A stretch of DNA of 64,000 bases from positions 1-64,000 of the IMG/VR virus record IMGVR_UViG_3300009370_002293, one strand, 5' to 3'. The notes below the pieces were generated by a model. That model was not told where the DNA came from and searched no databases. It saw only the letters and a list, made by a program, of their open reading frames with translations. Both the position numbers and the translations under genes were made by a program. This stretch comes from a virus. Below are positions 55,927-64,000 of the stretch, one piece after another (the stretch's first letter is position 1; the number at the start of each line of letters is the position of its first letter).

Positions 55927-58392
55927 ATGAGTTCTCCAAAAATTAATGTAAAAAAAAGAAACGGGCGGCTAGAAAAGATTCAGATTTCCAAGATAAATAA
56001 ATGCGCTGAACGTGCTTGCGCTGATATCGAAAATGTCTCTCCTAGTGAAATTGTACTTGATGCCCATGTTCAATTTTACGATAAAATACCCACAAAAGAA
56101 ATAGACACTGCGCTAATCCTTTCTACTCGACAAAAAATAGAGAAGGAACCTAATTACTCTTATGTTGCGGCTCGATTACTATTGGGCAATATCCATAAGG
56201 AGGTATTTGGGAGTAGTGTAGATAAAGATGCATTTGACCATCAATATAGACTTTCCTTTATAAGTAACATAAAAAAACTCGTTAAAGAAAATCGACTTAA
56301 TGAAAAACTACTGGATTTTGATTTAAAAAAATTATCTGAAAATTTAATTTTAGAAAGAGACTACAAGTTTAAATACTTAGGTCTACAGATTCTTTATGAT
56401 CGTTACTTTCTGCATTCTAATGGGCGTCGTCTTGAGTCCCCCCAGTCATTTTGGATGAGAGTTGCCATGGGGCTCGCTATTAATGAAAAGGACAAGGAGA
56501 AGAGGGCTGTAGAATTTTACAATGTTCTTTCTACCTTCAAGCTCTGTTGTTCAACGCCAACCCTTTTTAACAGTGGAAGCCCAAGGAGTCAATTAAGTTC
56601 CTGTTATCTTAATACCTTCGAAGACAGTATAGATGGAATCTTTGAAGGTGCATGGCAAGAGGCACGTAAATCTAAATTTGCTGGAGGACTTGGTTTTGAT
56701 GTTACAAATTTTCGTTCCTCAGGGTCCCATATTAAAGGTACAAACGGTACGTCCAGTGGTCTTGTACCTTGGCTTAAAATTTTCAACGATCTTTTAGTTG
56801 CAGTGAACCAAGGCGGTAAACGTCCCGGTGCTGGATGCGCCTACCTTGAGCCATGGCACTTGGACATTGAGGACTTTTTAGACTTGAAAAAAAATACTGG
56901 AGACGAAAGAAGAAGGTGTCATGATTTAAACACAGCGAATTGGCTCCCTAATTTATTTTTCCAGTACATAGAAAAAAATAAAGACTGGTATTTATTTTCA
57001 CCATCCGATACAAAAGAACTACATGATCTTTATGGCGACGACTTTGATAAAGCGTACAAGCTTTTTTGCAAAAAAGCGGATGAAGGAGAGATAAAAAATT
57101 ACAAAAAAATAAATGCCAAAGATTTATGGAAGAAAATGCTTAGAGTGCTATACGAAACAGGCCATCCATGGATGACATTCAAGGATAACGCCAATATTCG
57201 TTATTCTAACTCTCACAAAGGTATTATCCATAGTTCAAATCTTTGCACCGAGATTTTTCTACACACCATTCCGTCCTCCTTCAATGGGGGCACTAAAACG
57301 ACAGTAGGCGAAACAGCGGTATGCAACCTAAGCTCCGTAAACCTTAAAGAACACCTTAAAGAAAACGGCAAACTGGACTTCAAACAGCTTTCGAAGACTA
57401 TAGCACTACAAGTACGTATGTTAGATAACGTAATTGACCTGAATTTTTACCCTACTGCAGAGGCTAAAAAAGCGAACATGTTACATCGCCCAGTAGGGGC
57501 CGGTACTATGGGGTGGGCTGACGTATTCCACTCTTATAAACTAAAATTTTCTTCAGACGACACAATTAAGTTTTCAGATGAATTATACGAGTTTATTTCT
57601 TATCACTGCATTCTTAATTCCAGTAAATTAAGCAAAGAGCGTGGAGCTTACTCTACTTACAAGGGGTCTTTATGGGATAAAGATATATTTCCTATAGATA
57701 CCTATAAAAATCTTATGGACTATTTAGGTGAAAAACCATTGGTTCATAGAGGGAAAAAGTTCGCTCCTGAAGTTGACTGGAAAACCGTCAGAGGGCATGT
57801 TAAAGAATATGGAATGCGTAATAGTAATACTATGGCAATTGCTCCAACCGCAACCATTTCTTATATTCAGGGGTGCTCTCCTTGTATTGAGCCAGATTTT
57901 TCAGTATTATTTGTTTATGAAAATAAAAGCGGAAATCTAACTATTATAAATGAATGGTTTGTTGAAGAATGTAAAAAGCTAGGTATATGGAACTCCTCGT
58001 TCATAGATGTCTTAAAGTCTGTAGACGGAGACGTAGACCTTTTACCTGATCTACCTGAAGAACTCAAGGAAAGGTTCAAGACCGCATTTAACCAAGACCA
58101 ATTTAGATTAATTGACGGTGCCGCAGCAAAACAAAAATGGATCGATATGGGGCAATCTCTAAATCTTTTTAATAAAAACACATCCCTTAAATATCTAAAT
58201 GACTTATACTTTCATGCACGAAAAAGAGGTCTTAAAAGCACCTATTACCTAAGGAATAAAAGTGCGAGCAAGATTGAAAAAGCTTCGTCTGGTGGTGACG
58301 ATAATAATAATAACGCAAGTGATACTAACCCTAATATATCTATTAGTTCATCTTGTTCGATCTTAGACCCTGATTGCGAAAGTTGCCAATAA
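55927..58392 (+). CDS. nrdA: class I ribonucleotide reductase alpha subunit with ATP cone
   Basis: VKKRNG, STPTLFN, SSCY, SNLCTEI, AIAPT, STYY, C-terminal CxxC. Confidence 0.97.
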   Translation: MSSPKINVKKRNGRLEKIQISKINKCAERACADIENVSPSEIVLDAHVQFYDKIPTKEIDTALILSTRQKIEKEPNYSYVAARLLLGNIHKEVFGSSVDKDAFDHQYRLSFISNIKKLVKENRLNEKLLDFDLKKLSENLILERDYKFKYLGLQILYDRYFLHSNGRRLESPQSFWMRVAMGLAINEKDKEKRAVEFYNVLSTFKLCCSTPTLFNSGSPRSQLSSCYLNTFEDSIDGIFEGAWQEARKSKFAGGLGFDVTNFRSSGSHIKGTNGTSSGLVPWLKIFNDLLVAVNQGGKRPGAGCAYLEPWHLDIEDFLDLKKNTGDERRRCHDLNTANWLPNLFFQYIEKNKDWYLFSPSDTKELHDLYGDDFDKAYKLFCKKADEGEIKNYKKINAKDLWKKMLRVLYETGHPWMTFKDNANIRYSNSHKGIIHSSNLCTEIFLHTIPSSFNGGTKTTVGETAVCNLSSVNLKEHLKENGKLDFKQLSKTIALQVRMLDNVIDLNFYPTAEAKKANMLHRPVGAGTMGWADVFHSYKLKFSSDDTIKFSDELYEFISYHCILNSSKLSKERGAYSTYKGSLWDKDIFPIDTYKNLMDYLGEKPLVHRGKKFAPEVDWKTVRGHVKEYGMRNSNTMAIAPTATISYIQGCSPCIEPDFSVLFVYENKSGNLTIINEWFVEECKKLGIWNSSFIDVLKSVDGDVDLLPDLPEELKERFKTAFNQDQFRLIDGAAAKQKWIDMGQSLNLFNKNTSLKYLNDLYFHARKRGLKSTYYLRNKSASKIEKASSGGDDNNNNASDTNPNISISSSCSILDPDCESCQ

Positions 58393-59399
58393 TGAAGGAT
58401 GGACTATTACTTGGAGAAGAGGTGGCGGGAGTTAACCAAATTTTACCGCATAAACATCACTTAGCATGGGACCTGTTTCTTAAAGGAGTGGCTAATAATT
58501 GGTCCCCTTCAGAAATAAACATGAGTGAAGATGTAGACCAATGGAAAAATGATACTTTGACCGACGATGAAAAACTTTTAGTAAAAAGATGCCTTGGTTT
58601 TTTTGCTGGAAGCGAATCACTTGTTGGAAACAATTTATTGTTAACCGTTGCAAAATGGGTAACTGACCCAGAATGCCGTCAATACATTTTACGACAAGCT
58701 TACGAGGAATCACTTCACAACTGGACTGTAGTTACATGCTGTGACTCCTATTCACTTAAAGTGTCTGACGTATACGAAGCTTACATTAATGTAGATTCAA
58801 TAAAAGCAAAGGACAATTTTTTAATGGAAATAACCACAGACGTCAATCGTCCTGATTTTAACACGACAACAACGGAGGGGAAAAGAGAATTTTTACGTAA
58901 TTTAATTAGTTACTATATAGTTTGTGAAGGTACGTTCTTTTTTAGCGGCTTCGCTATGCTTCTAGCCCTAGGACGACAAAATAAATTGCCCGGCCTCTCC
59001 GATCAAATTAGGTATACATTACGAGATGAAAGTTTACATATTCAATTTGGCACATATCTAATTAATACCATAAAAGAGCAGTATCCCTCCGTATGGACCA
59101 AGAAATTCGAACAAGAAACAGTGGAACACATCAAAAAGGCAGTTGAACTCGAGGTTCAATACGCAAATGATGTGCTCCCTAGAGGAATCCTTGGTTTGAA
59201 TGCGGAAATGTTTGTTGATTACATGCATTATATCGGTAACAGGCGTCTAGAAGGTATTGGGATTAATTATCGATTTGATAACGACAACAACCCATTTCCT
59301 TGGCTCTCTGAAATTGTAGACACCGGTGCCATGACAAATTTCTTTGAAAGAAAAGTGAAGGATTACCAAAATTCAGGTACTCTAGAAGACGATTTCTAA
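58392..59399 (+). CDS. nrdB: ribonucleotide reductase beta subunit, class Ic (R2c)-type signature
   Basis: first ligand Glu75; E106-x-x-H109 with Val113 at the radical-Tyr position; CEGTFF; RDESLH. Confidence 0.9.
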   Translation: MKDGLLLGEEVAGVNQILPHKHHLAWDLFLKGVANNWSPSEINMSEDVDQWKNDTLTDDEKLLVKRCLGFFAGSESLVGNNLLLTVAKWVTDPECRQYILRQAYEESLHNWTVVTCCDSYSLKVSDVYEAYINVDSIKAKDNFLMEITTDVNRPDFNTTTTEGKREFLRNLISYYIVCEGTFFFSGFAMLLALGRQNKLPGLSDQIRYTLRDESLHIQFGTYLINTIKEQYPSVWTKKFEQETVEHIKKAVELEVQYANDVLPRGILGLNAEMFVDYMHYIGNRRLEGIGINYRFDNDNNPFPWLSEIVDTGAMTNFFERKVKDYQNSGTLEDDF

Positions 59400-59568
59400 T
59401 TTTAAAATGAACAAAAAAAGAAAAGCCAAAAATAGATTCAAAAATGAACTAGAGTCTTCAATCGAAGGACTCACAAATGAACGGGAAAATGCGGAAAAAA
59501 GAAACGATAAAAAGCTCGTAAAACTACTTGATCGCCGTTTACTCGAGTGTCGCCATCATTTAGACGCT

Positions 59569-59886
59569 CTAGAGTAGGTAGCTGGCTGCTTTCATAGGAT
59601 TTACTTCTACAAAAACATTTTCTTGTTTTAATTCAAGCATTTGATCTAAAGTAAACCCCTCAGCCTTAGCCCACCTATAGCGAGGTGGGTTAACTAAGTA
59701 AGCTCGTATTTGAGGGATACCACCAAAAATATCAGACTGTAAATTTAAAAGAATTATAGTTTCGGAAGATTTATTATAAATTATAGCAGTAGTAGGTCTG
59801 TCAGTTGCAGCAACAGATAGATAAAAATTAAGCCTTAAGCAATCGCTTTTAATTTTATTAATATATTTTTTTAAAATAAAATTCAT
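59569..59886 (-). CDS. hypothetical protein
   Basis: ORF. Confidence 0.6.
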   Translation of the reverse strand: MNFILKKYINKIKSDCLRLNFYLSVAATDRPTTAIIYNKSSETIILLNLQSDIFGGIPQIRAYLVNPPRYRWAKAEGFTLDQMLELKQENVFVEVNPMKAASYLL

Positions 59887-60152
59887 TTATCCGTCTTTTA
59901 TTTTTCTTTTTCTTTCCTTTAAAAAATCTGGGGTTATAACGAATTCATTTTGACATTTAATACATCTCATTATTTTTTTGTCATTTTTACAATCCACCTT
60001 TTTTGTTTTACATTCTCTCACGGGGTCACCCCAAAAATTTTCCGTAAATGGACATGAACAATAAGTGGTTACCTTAGAGTTTTGTTCCGTAAGGCGAGCC
60101 CTTTTATCTGGCAAACAGTAAGGACAAGAATAAATGTGCATACACACCCCCC

Positions 60153-60392
60153 TTAATTGCGTGCAAAAAAAGCCGTCCCTATCAAAAATATATTTACAGC
60201 CGCCAAGATAGCTACCGTAATGGACAAGCACCAAAGAGAAGAATCATACTTGGCAACCAAGCGTTTTTCTCCATTAGAATCCTCTTTATTCTTTGAGGCA
60301 TTGTTAATCTTTGCATTTTCCACATGGCACTTTTCTTTCCCAACGTACCATGTTCCGTTAGCATAATTAGTCAATGTACTTCGTTTTTTCAT
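60153..60392 (-). CDS. hypothetical membrane protein
   Basis: ORF 14 nt after GTGTAA. Confidence 0.55.
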   Translation of the reverse strand: MKKRSTLTNYANGTWYVGKEKCHVENAKINNASKNKEDSNGEKRLVAKYDSSLWCLSITVAILAAVNIFLIGTAFFARN

Positions 60393-60459
60393 AATTAATA
60401 TTACACCTTTTTTTTAAAAAAAACTCCTCGCAACAAGCAATCCATGTGTAAATATTAAC

Positions 60460-60768
60460 ATGGAGGTAGACTTTCAGTTTTTTTTGAATGTAATCATAGG
60501 AATTGTAACCTTTTTTGGAGGTTTTTTATTAAAAACATTCTGGGGTCGTCTCGAAGAAATAGACAACGAGCGTGAAAAGCTATGGATATACCACGAGGAT
60601 GACATGAAAAAAATTCGCCAAGAATTAAATATACTAGCCCTAAGTCTTCCAGAAAAATATACAAGCAAAGACGACTTTCACAATTTAGTTAAAGCCGTTC
60701 ATCATCGTTTTGATAAACTTGAGGAAAAAATAGATAACCTCAATAAAGACACATGTAAAAGAAAGTAG
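60460..60768 (+). CDS. TM plus coiled-coil protein
   Basis: ORF 14 nt after GTGTAA; Y.SK.DF..RFDKLE.KID. Confidence 0.7.
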   Translation: MEVDFQFFLNVIIGIVTFFGGFLLKTFWGRLEEIDNEREKLWIYHEDDMKKIRQELNILALSLPEKYTSKDDFHNLVKAVHHRFDKLEEKIDNLNKDTCKRK

Positions 60769-60773
60769 CTCCA

Positions 60774-61433
60774 ATGACAAAACTTCTTCAATTAAATTTC
60801 ATAAGTGAAGATGGTATCAATAGCGTTTTGCCTTCCTTCAATAGTCTACCCAACACGAATCACCTTGACGGTAAATACAGATTAAGGCGTTTTGGACGAG
60901 TAGAGCTACGTACCACATTCTGGAACTGCCAACAGGAGATAGAGGTTGAATCTTTAAATGAAACAGAATTTACACAAAGCGAAGAGTTTAATAAACACCA
61001 AGGGGGAATGCTTAGAAAATTTGAAGGCATTGAAAAAGAGGTTCTTGACAGTAAAGGTCTAAAAGAAATGCTGCTAACATTCAAAACAGCAAATGATTTA
61101 CCTGATGGACAACATGTGGACATACACCAAATGAGGGTAATCCCTTGTGAAGAAGAATTTGGGGAATTCACACCTGTTTCCCCCGAAGGAGTTCACCAAG
61201 ATGGATTTAGCCACATAGCGATGATTGGTGTTGCACGTCATAATATTAACGGAGGCGAGCTATTAGCGTACAATACACAGGATTCTTCACCGTTCATGGT
61301 CTATAAATTACTTGCTGGAGAAATGTTAATGCTTGACGACTCAAGATTATGGCATAACGCTACGCCAATAAGCAGGGTATCAGAGGGTGAAGCGTTTGGA
61401 GATTGGTTTATTTTTTGTGCAAAAAAAGATTGA
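60774..61433 (+). CDS. 2OG-Fe(II) dioxygenase family protein
   Basis: YR.RRF, HQ.R, PEGVHQDG, WHNATPI. Confidence 0.85.
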   Translation: MTKLLQLNFISEDGINSVLPSFNSLPNTNHLDGKYRLRRFGRVELRTTFWNCQQEIEVESLNETEFTQSEEFNKHQGGMLRKFEGIEKEVLDSKGLKEMLLTFKTANDLPDGQHVDIHQMRVIPCEEEFGEFTPVSPEGVHQDGFSHIAMIGVARHNINGGELLAYNTQDSSPFMVYKLLAGEMLMLDDSRLWHNATPISRVSEGEAFGDWFIFCAKKD

Positions 61434-61463
61434 TTTAAAAGCAAAAAAAACGCACACTTAGAT

Positions 61464-62324
61464 GTGCGCTTTATTTTAATAAATGATTTTTTTTCCGAAG
61501 ACCTTGCCGGTGGCGGCCACGCAGGGGGCGCTGCATTAAACGATGAGATACTCATTGACATTTTTCAATCCAACAATAAAAATGTAACAAAAATAAAAAG
61601 CCCAGACGTTAGCCATGATTTTCTTGAAAAAGAAAAAGACTCCTTTTTTATAATTTCTAATTTTTTTAGATTCCCCTCTTACGATACACTGAAGCAGTTT
61701 GAAAATCTGAAATATATTATTTACGCTCACGACTATAAGTTCGTGAACCATATGAATCCAGCTAGATACGAAAATTTTTTAGTTCCAGAAAATGAATTGA
61801 TTTGTGTAGATTTTTTTCGAAATGCTCGAGCTGTAATTTGCCAGTCTAGCTTGCAGCAAAAAATTTATGATAAAAATTTAAAGGAAAATGTTAAAACATT
61901 AAATTTTTCAGGCAACTTATGGTCCCTCGAACACCTTGAATTAATGCGCGGTTTTTCTAATGAGGAAAAAAGACCTGTAAGCTCAGTTGTTAAATCACAT
62001 TATCAAGAAAAAGGAACTCCTGAAGCTATAAAATTTTGCATAGAAAACAAAATGGATTATGAATTAATTTTTGACCCAGACTATAATTCTTTTTTGCGTA
62101 AAATATCCAAGAATCAAGGGTTAGTTTTTTGGCCAAAAACCCCCGAAACATGTGGGAGAATGATTCTTGAAGCAAAGATGATGAACGTAAAGGTTTTTCA
62201 TAATAATCTATTAGGAGCCTCACATGAACCATGGTTCACTCAAAATGGAGGAGAACTAATCGACTCTATGATTAATAAACGACAAGAAATACATGATATT
62301 ATTACTTCGGTTGCTTCAAGGTGA
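61464..62324 (+). CDS. GT-B glycosyltransferase-like protein
   Basis: GGAAL, HDY, KG, PETCGR..LEA. Confidence 0.75.
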   Translation: MRFILINDFFSEDLAGGGHAGGAALNDEILIDIFQSNNKNVTKIKSPDVSHDFLEKEKDSFFIISNFFRFPSYDTLKQFENLKYIIYAHDYKFVNHMNPARYENFLVPENELICVDFFRNARAVICQSSLQQKIYDKNLKENVKTLNFSGNLWSLEHLELMRGFSNEEKRPVSSVVKSHYQEKGTPEAIKFCIENKMDYELIFDPDYNSFLRKISKNQGLVFWPKTPETCGRMILEAKMMNVKVFHNNLLGASHEPWFTQNGGELIDSMINKRQEIHDIITSVASR

Positions 62325-63124
62325 AAAAAGACGCTTATCAATATCTAAGCGGTAACGCGTTTAAAAGTATATGTAAATATAGCTGCGGTCACTATACCTC
62401 TGCTCGAGAGCATGGCTTCAACTTCAAAGTTGATGATAACCGTAACAATAACTATGTTTTTGTAAAAACAGAATATATACCTTCATTTTTTAATTATATT
62501 GATCTAAAATTTCCATTTACATTAATAACCCATAACTCAGATGAAAGTATTGATGAAAGATTTTTAAGTTTTATAGACCACCCTCTAGTGGAAAAATGGT
62601 ACGGCCAAAACATTAATATAAGGCACCCTAAAGTATCTTCAATCCCCATAGGTCTCGCCAACCCCAAATGGTCACACGGTAACCCCGAGAACTTTTCTAA
62701 AGCACTAGAGAACCACTCACCCCACAATAAAAACTCTTTAGTATATGTTAATTTTGATATAGGTACAAACCCCCATGAACGCTTAAAATGCCTAGAAGAA
62801 ACAGGACTCCCCAATAGTGAAAGAGTCGATTTTTCAACCTATCTAAAGGATATGGCCGAATCTTATTTTACCCTTTCTCCTAACGGAAACGGAATAGATT
62901 GCCATAAACACTGGGAGGCACTATATTTACAAACCATTCCCGTAGTTACAAAAAGTATAAATATGGAATTTTACACAGATCTACCATTTTTAGTTTTAGA
63001 TGATTGGTCTGAATTTAAAAATATTACCCTTTCAGAAGAGTTGTACAGATCAATTTGGAAAAAATTTGACCCAACATCTCTTCTTTTTAACAATTATATA
63101 AATAAAACCTTTCCTCTCACATGA
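62321..63124 (+). CDS. exostosin-like glycosyltransferase
   Basis: THNSD, PIGL, LSP.GNGIDCH..WEAL. Confidence 0.75.
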   Translation: MKKDAYQYLSGNAFKSICKYSCGHYTSAREHGFNFKVDDNRNNNYVFVKTEYIPSFFNYIDLKFPFTLITHNSDESIDERFLSFIDHPLVEKWYGQNINIRHPKVSSIPIGLANPKWSHGNPENFSKALENHSPHNKNSLVYVNFDIGTNPHERLKCLEETGLPNSERVDFSTYLKDMAESYFTLSPNGNGIDCHKHWEALYLQTIPVVTKSINMEFYTDLPFLVLDDWSEFKNITLSEELYRSIWKKFDPTSLLFNNYINKTFPLT

Positions 63125-64000
63125 AAAAGAATGTTTTAATAACAGGGGCATCTGGGTTAATTGGATCGCAATGTGTAAAATTTTTTAGTAATAAAGGTTT
63201 TAATGTTATAGGGGTAGACAATAACATGCGGGCTTACTTTTTTGGAGAAGACGCGTCCACAGAATCAATCAGGCAAGAACTTCAATCCTCTTACCCTAAC
63301 TATGAATGCTATAACACGGACATCAGAGAGCTTGGTAAACTGGCGTTTATTTTTGAAAAAAACAATATTGATTTAATAATTCACACAGCAGCACAACCAT
63401 CCCACGACTGGGCCGTAAAAGAGCCTTTTACAGACTTTTCCATCAATGCTCAAGGGACTCTAAATCTATTAGAACTATGTCGCCTATATTGTCCTGAAGC
63501 TACCTTTATTTTTACGTCAACAAATAAGGTGTACGGGGATAGACCTAACCAGCTGAACCTAAAAGAACTTGAAACAAGGTATGAATGCTTCGATTCACAA
63601 GGCGCCCTTTACAGTATAAATGAAGAAATGTCAATTGATAACTGCAAGCACTCTATTTTCGGTGCTTCAAAAGTATCTGCCGACATAATGGTTCAAGAGT
63701 ATGGAAAATATTTCAATATGAATACCGGTGTTTTCAGGGGCGGCTGCCTAACTGGCCCGAACCATCAAGGCGCCAAGCTTCACGGATTTTTATCTTATCT
63801 AGTAAAATGCATTGTACATGATCAACCCTATAGTATTTTTGGCTATAAAGGAAAACAAGTTAGAGACAATATCCATAGCGCAGATTTGGTAAATATGTTT
63901 TGGGAATTTTACAAAAACCCAAAAAAAGGTGAAGTTTACAATGCAGGAGGAGGGCGACGTAATTCAATCTCAGTAATAGAAGCAATAAACAAAATTAAAA
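63121..64000 (+). CDS. NAD-dependent epimerase/dehydratase (CDP-tyvelose epimerase-like), truncated by the window end
   Basis: hand translation [46 protein letters not shown]. Confidence 0.9.
   Translation, partial: MKKNVLITGASGLIGSQCVKFFSNKGFNVIGVDNNMRAYFFGEDASTESIRQELQSSYPNYECYNTDIRELGKLAFIFEKNNIDLIIHTAAQPSHDWAVKEPFTDFSINAQGTLNLLELCRLYCPEATFIFTSTNKVYGDRPNQLNLKELETRYECFDSQGALYSINEEMSIDNCKHSIFGASKVSADIMVQEYGKYFNMNTGVFRGGCLTGPNHQGAKLHGFLSYLVKCIVHDQPYSIFGYKGKQVRDNIHSADLVNMFWEFYKNPKKGEVYNAGGGRRNSISVIEAINKIK

Noticed and set aside
55927-59399. Introns or inteins in nrdA/nrdB
   Set aside because: Both ORFs are continuous and of normal length.

Overview
A 64-kb segment of a large, AT-rich dsDNA bacteriophage genome. 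No capsid, tail or terminase gene was recognised in the window. The host is probably a diderm bacterium with sigma54; a PVC-superphylum host is only an inference. Layout: (1) 1-9.3 kb is a somewhat GC-richer early-type region of small minus-strand genes, most with their own leaderless promoter. It carries five copies of a 33-bp palindrome made of two convergent sigma54-like sites and four promoters with a palindromic operator over the -35 position. (2) 9.3-12.6 kb holds a RuvB-like ATPase flanked by arrays of a 29-bp direct repeat (13 copies) and two covarying copies of a small structured RNA. (3) 12.8-50.5 kb is mostly minus strand: DNA ligase, HhH glycosylase, rIIA/rIIB, tRNA-Arg and tRNA-Leu, a sigma70 and an ECF sigma, candidate ncRNAs including a manA-like RNA, thyX, proline dehydrogenase plus ornithine cyclodeaminase, an ExbB/MotA-like module, guaC, an STPR-HNH-SET fusion, signal peptidase I, and Hsp20 with a canonical sigma54 promoter. 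(4) 50.5-64 kb is mostly plus strand: glycosyltransferases, dNMP kinase, NrdA with a tyrosine-less class Ic-type NrdB, a 2OG-Fe oxygenase and a sugar epimerase. All product calls come from motif recognition by eye; no database searches or folding programs were run.
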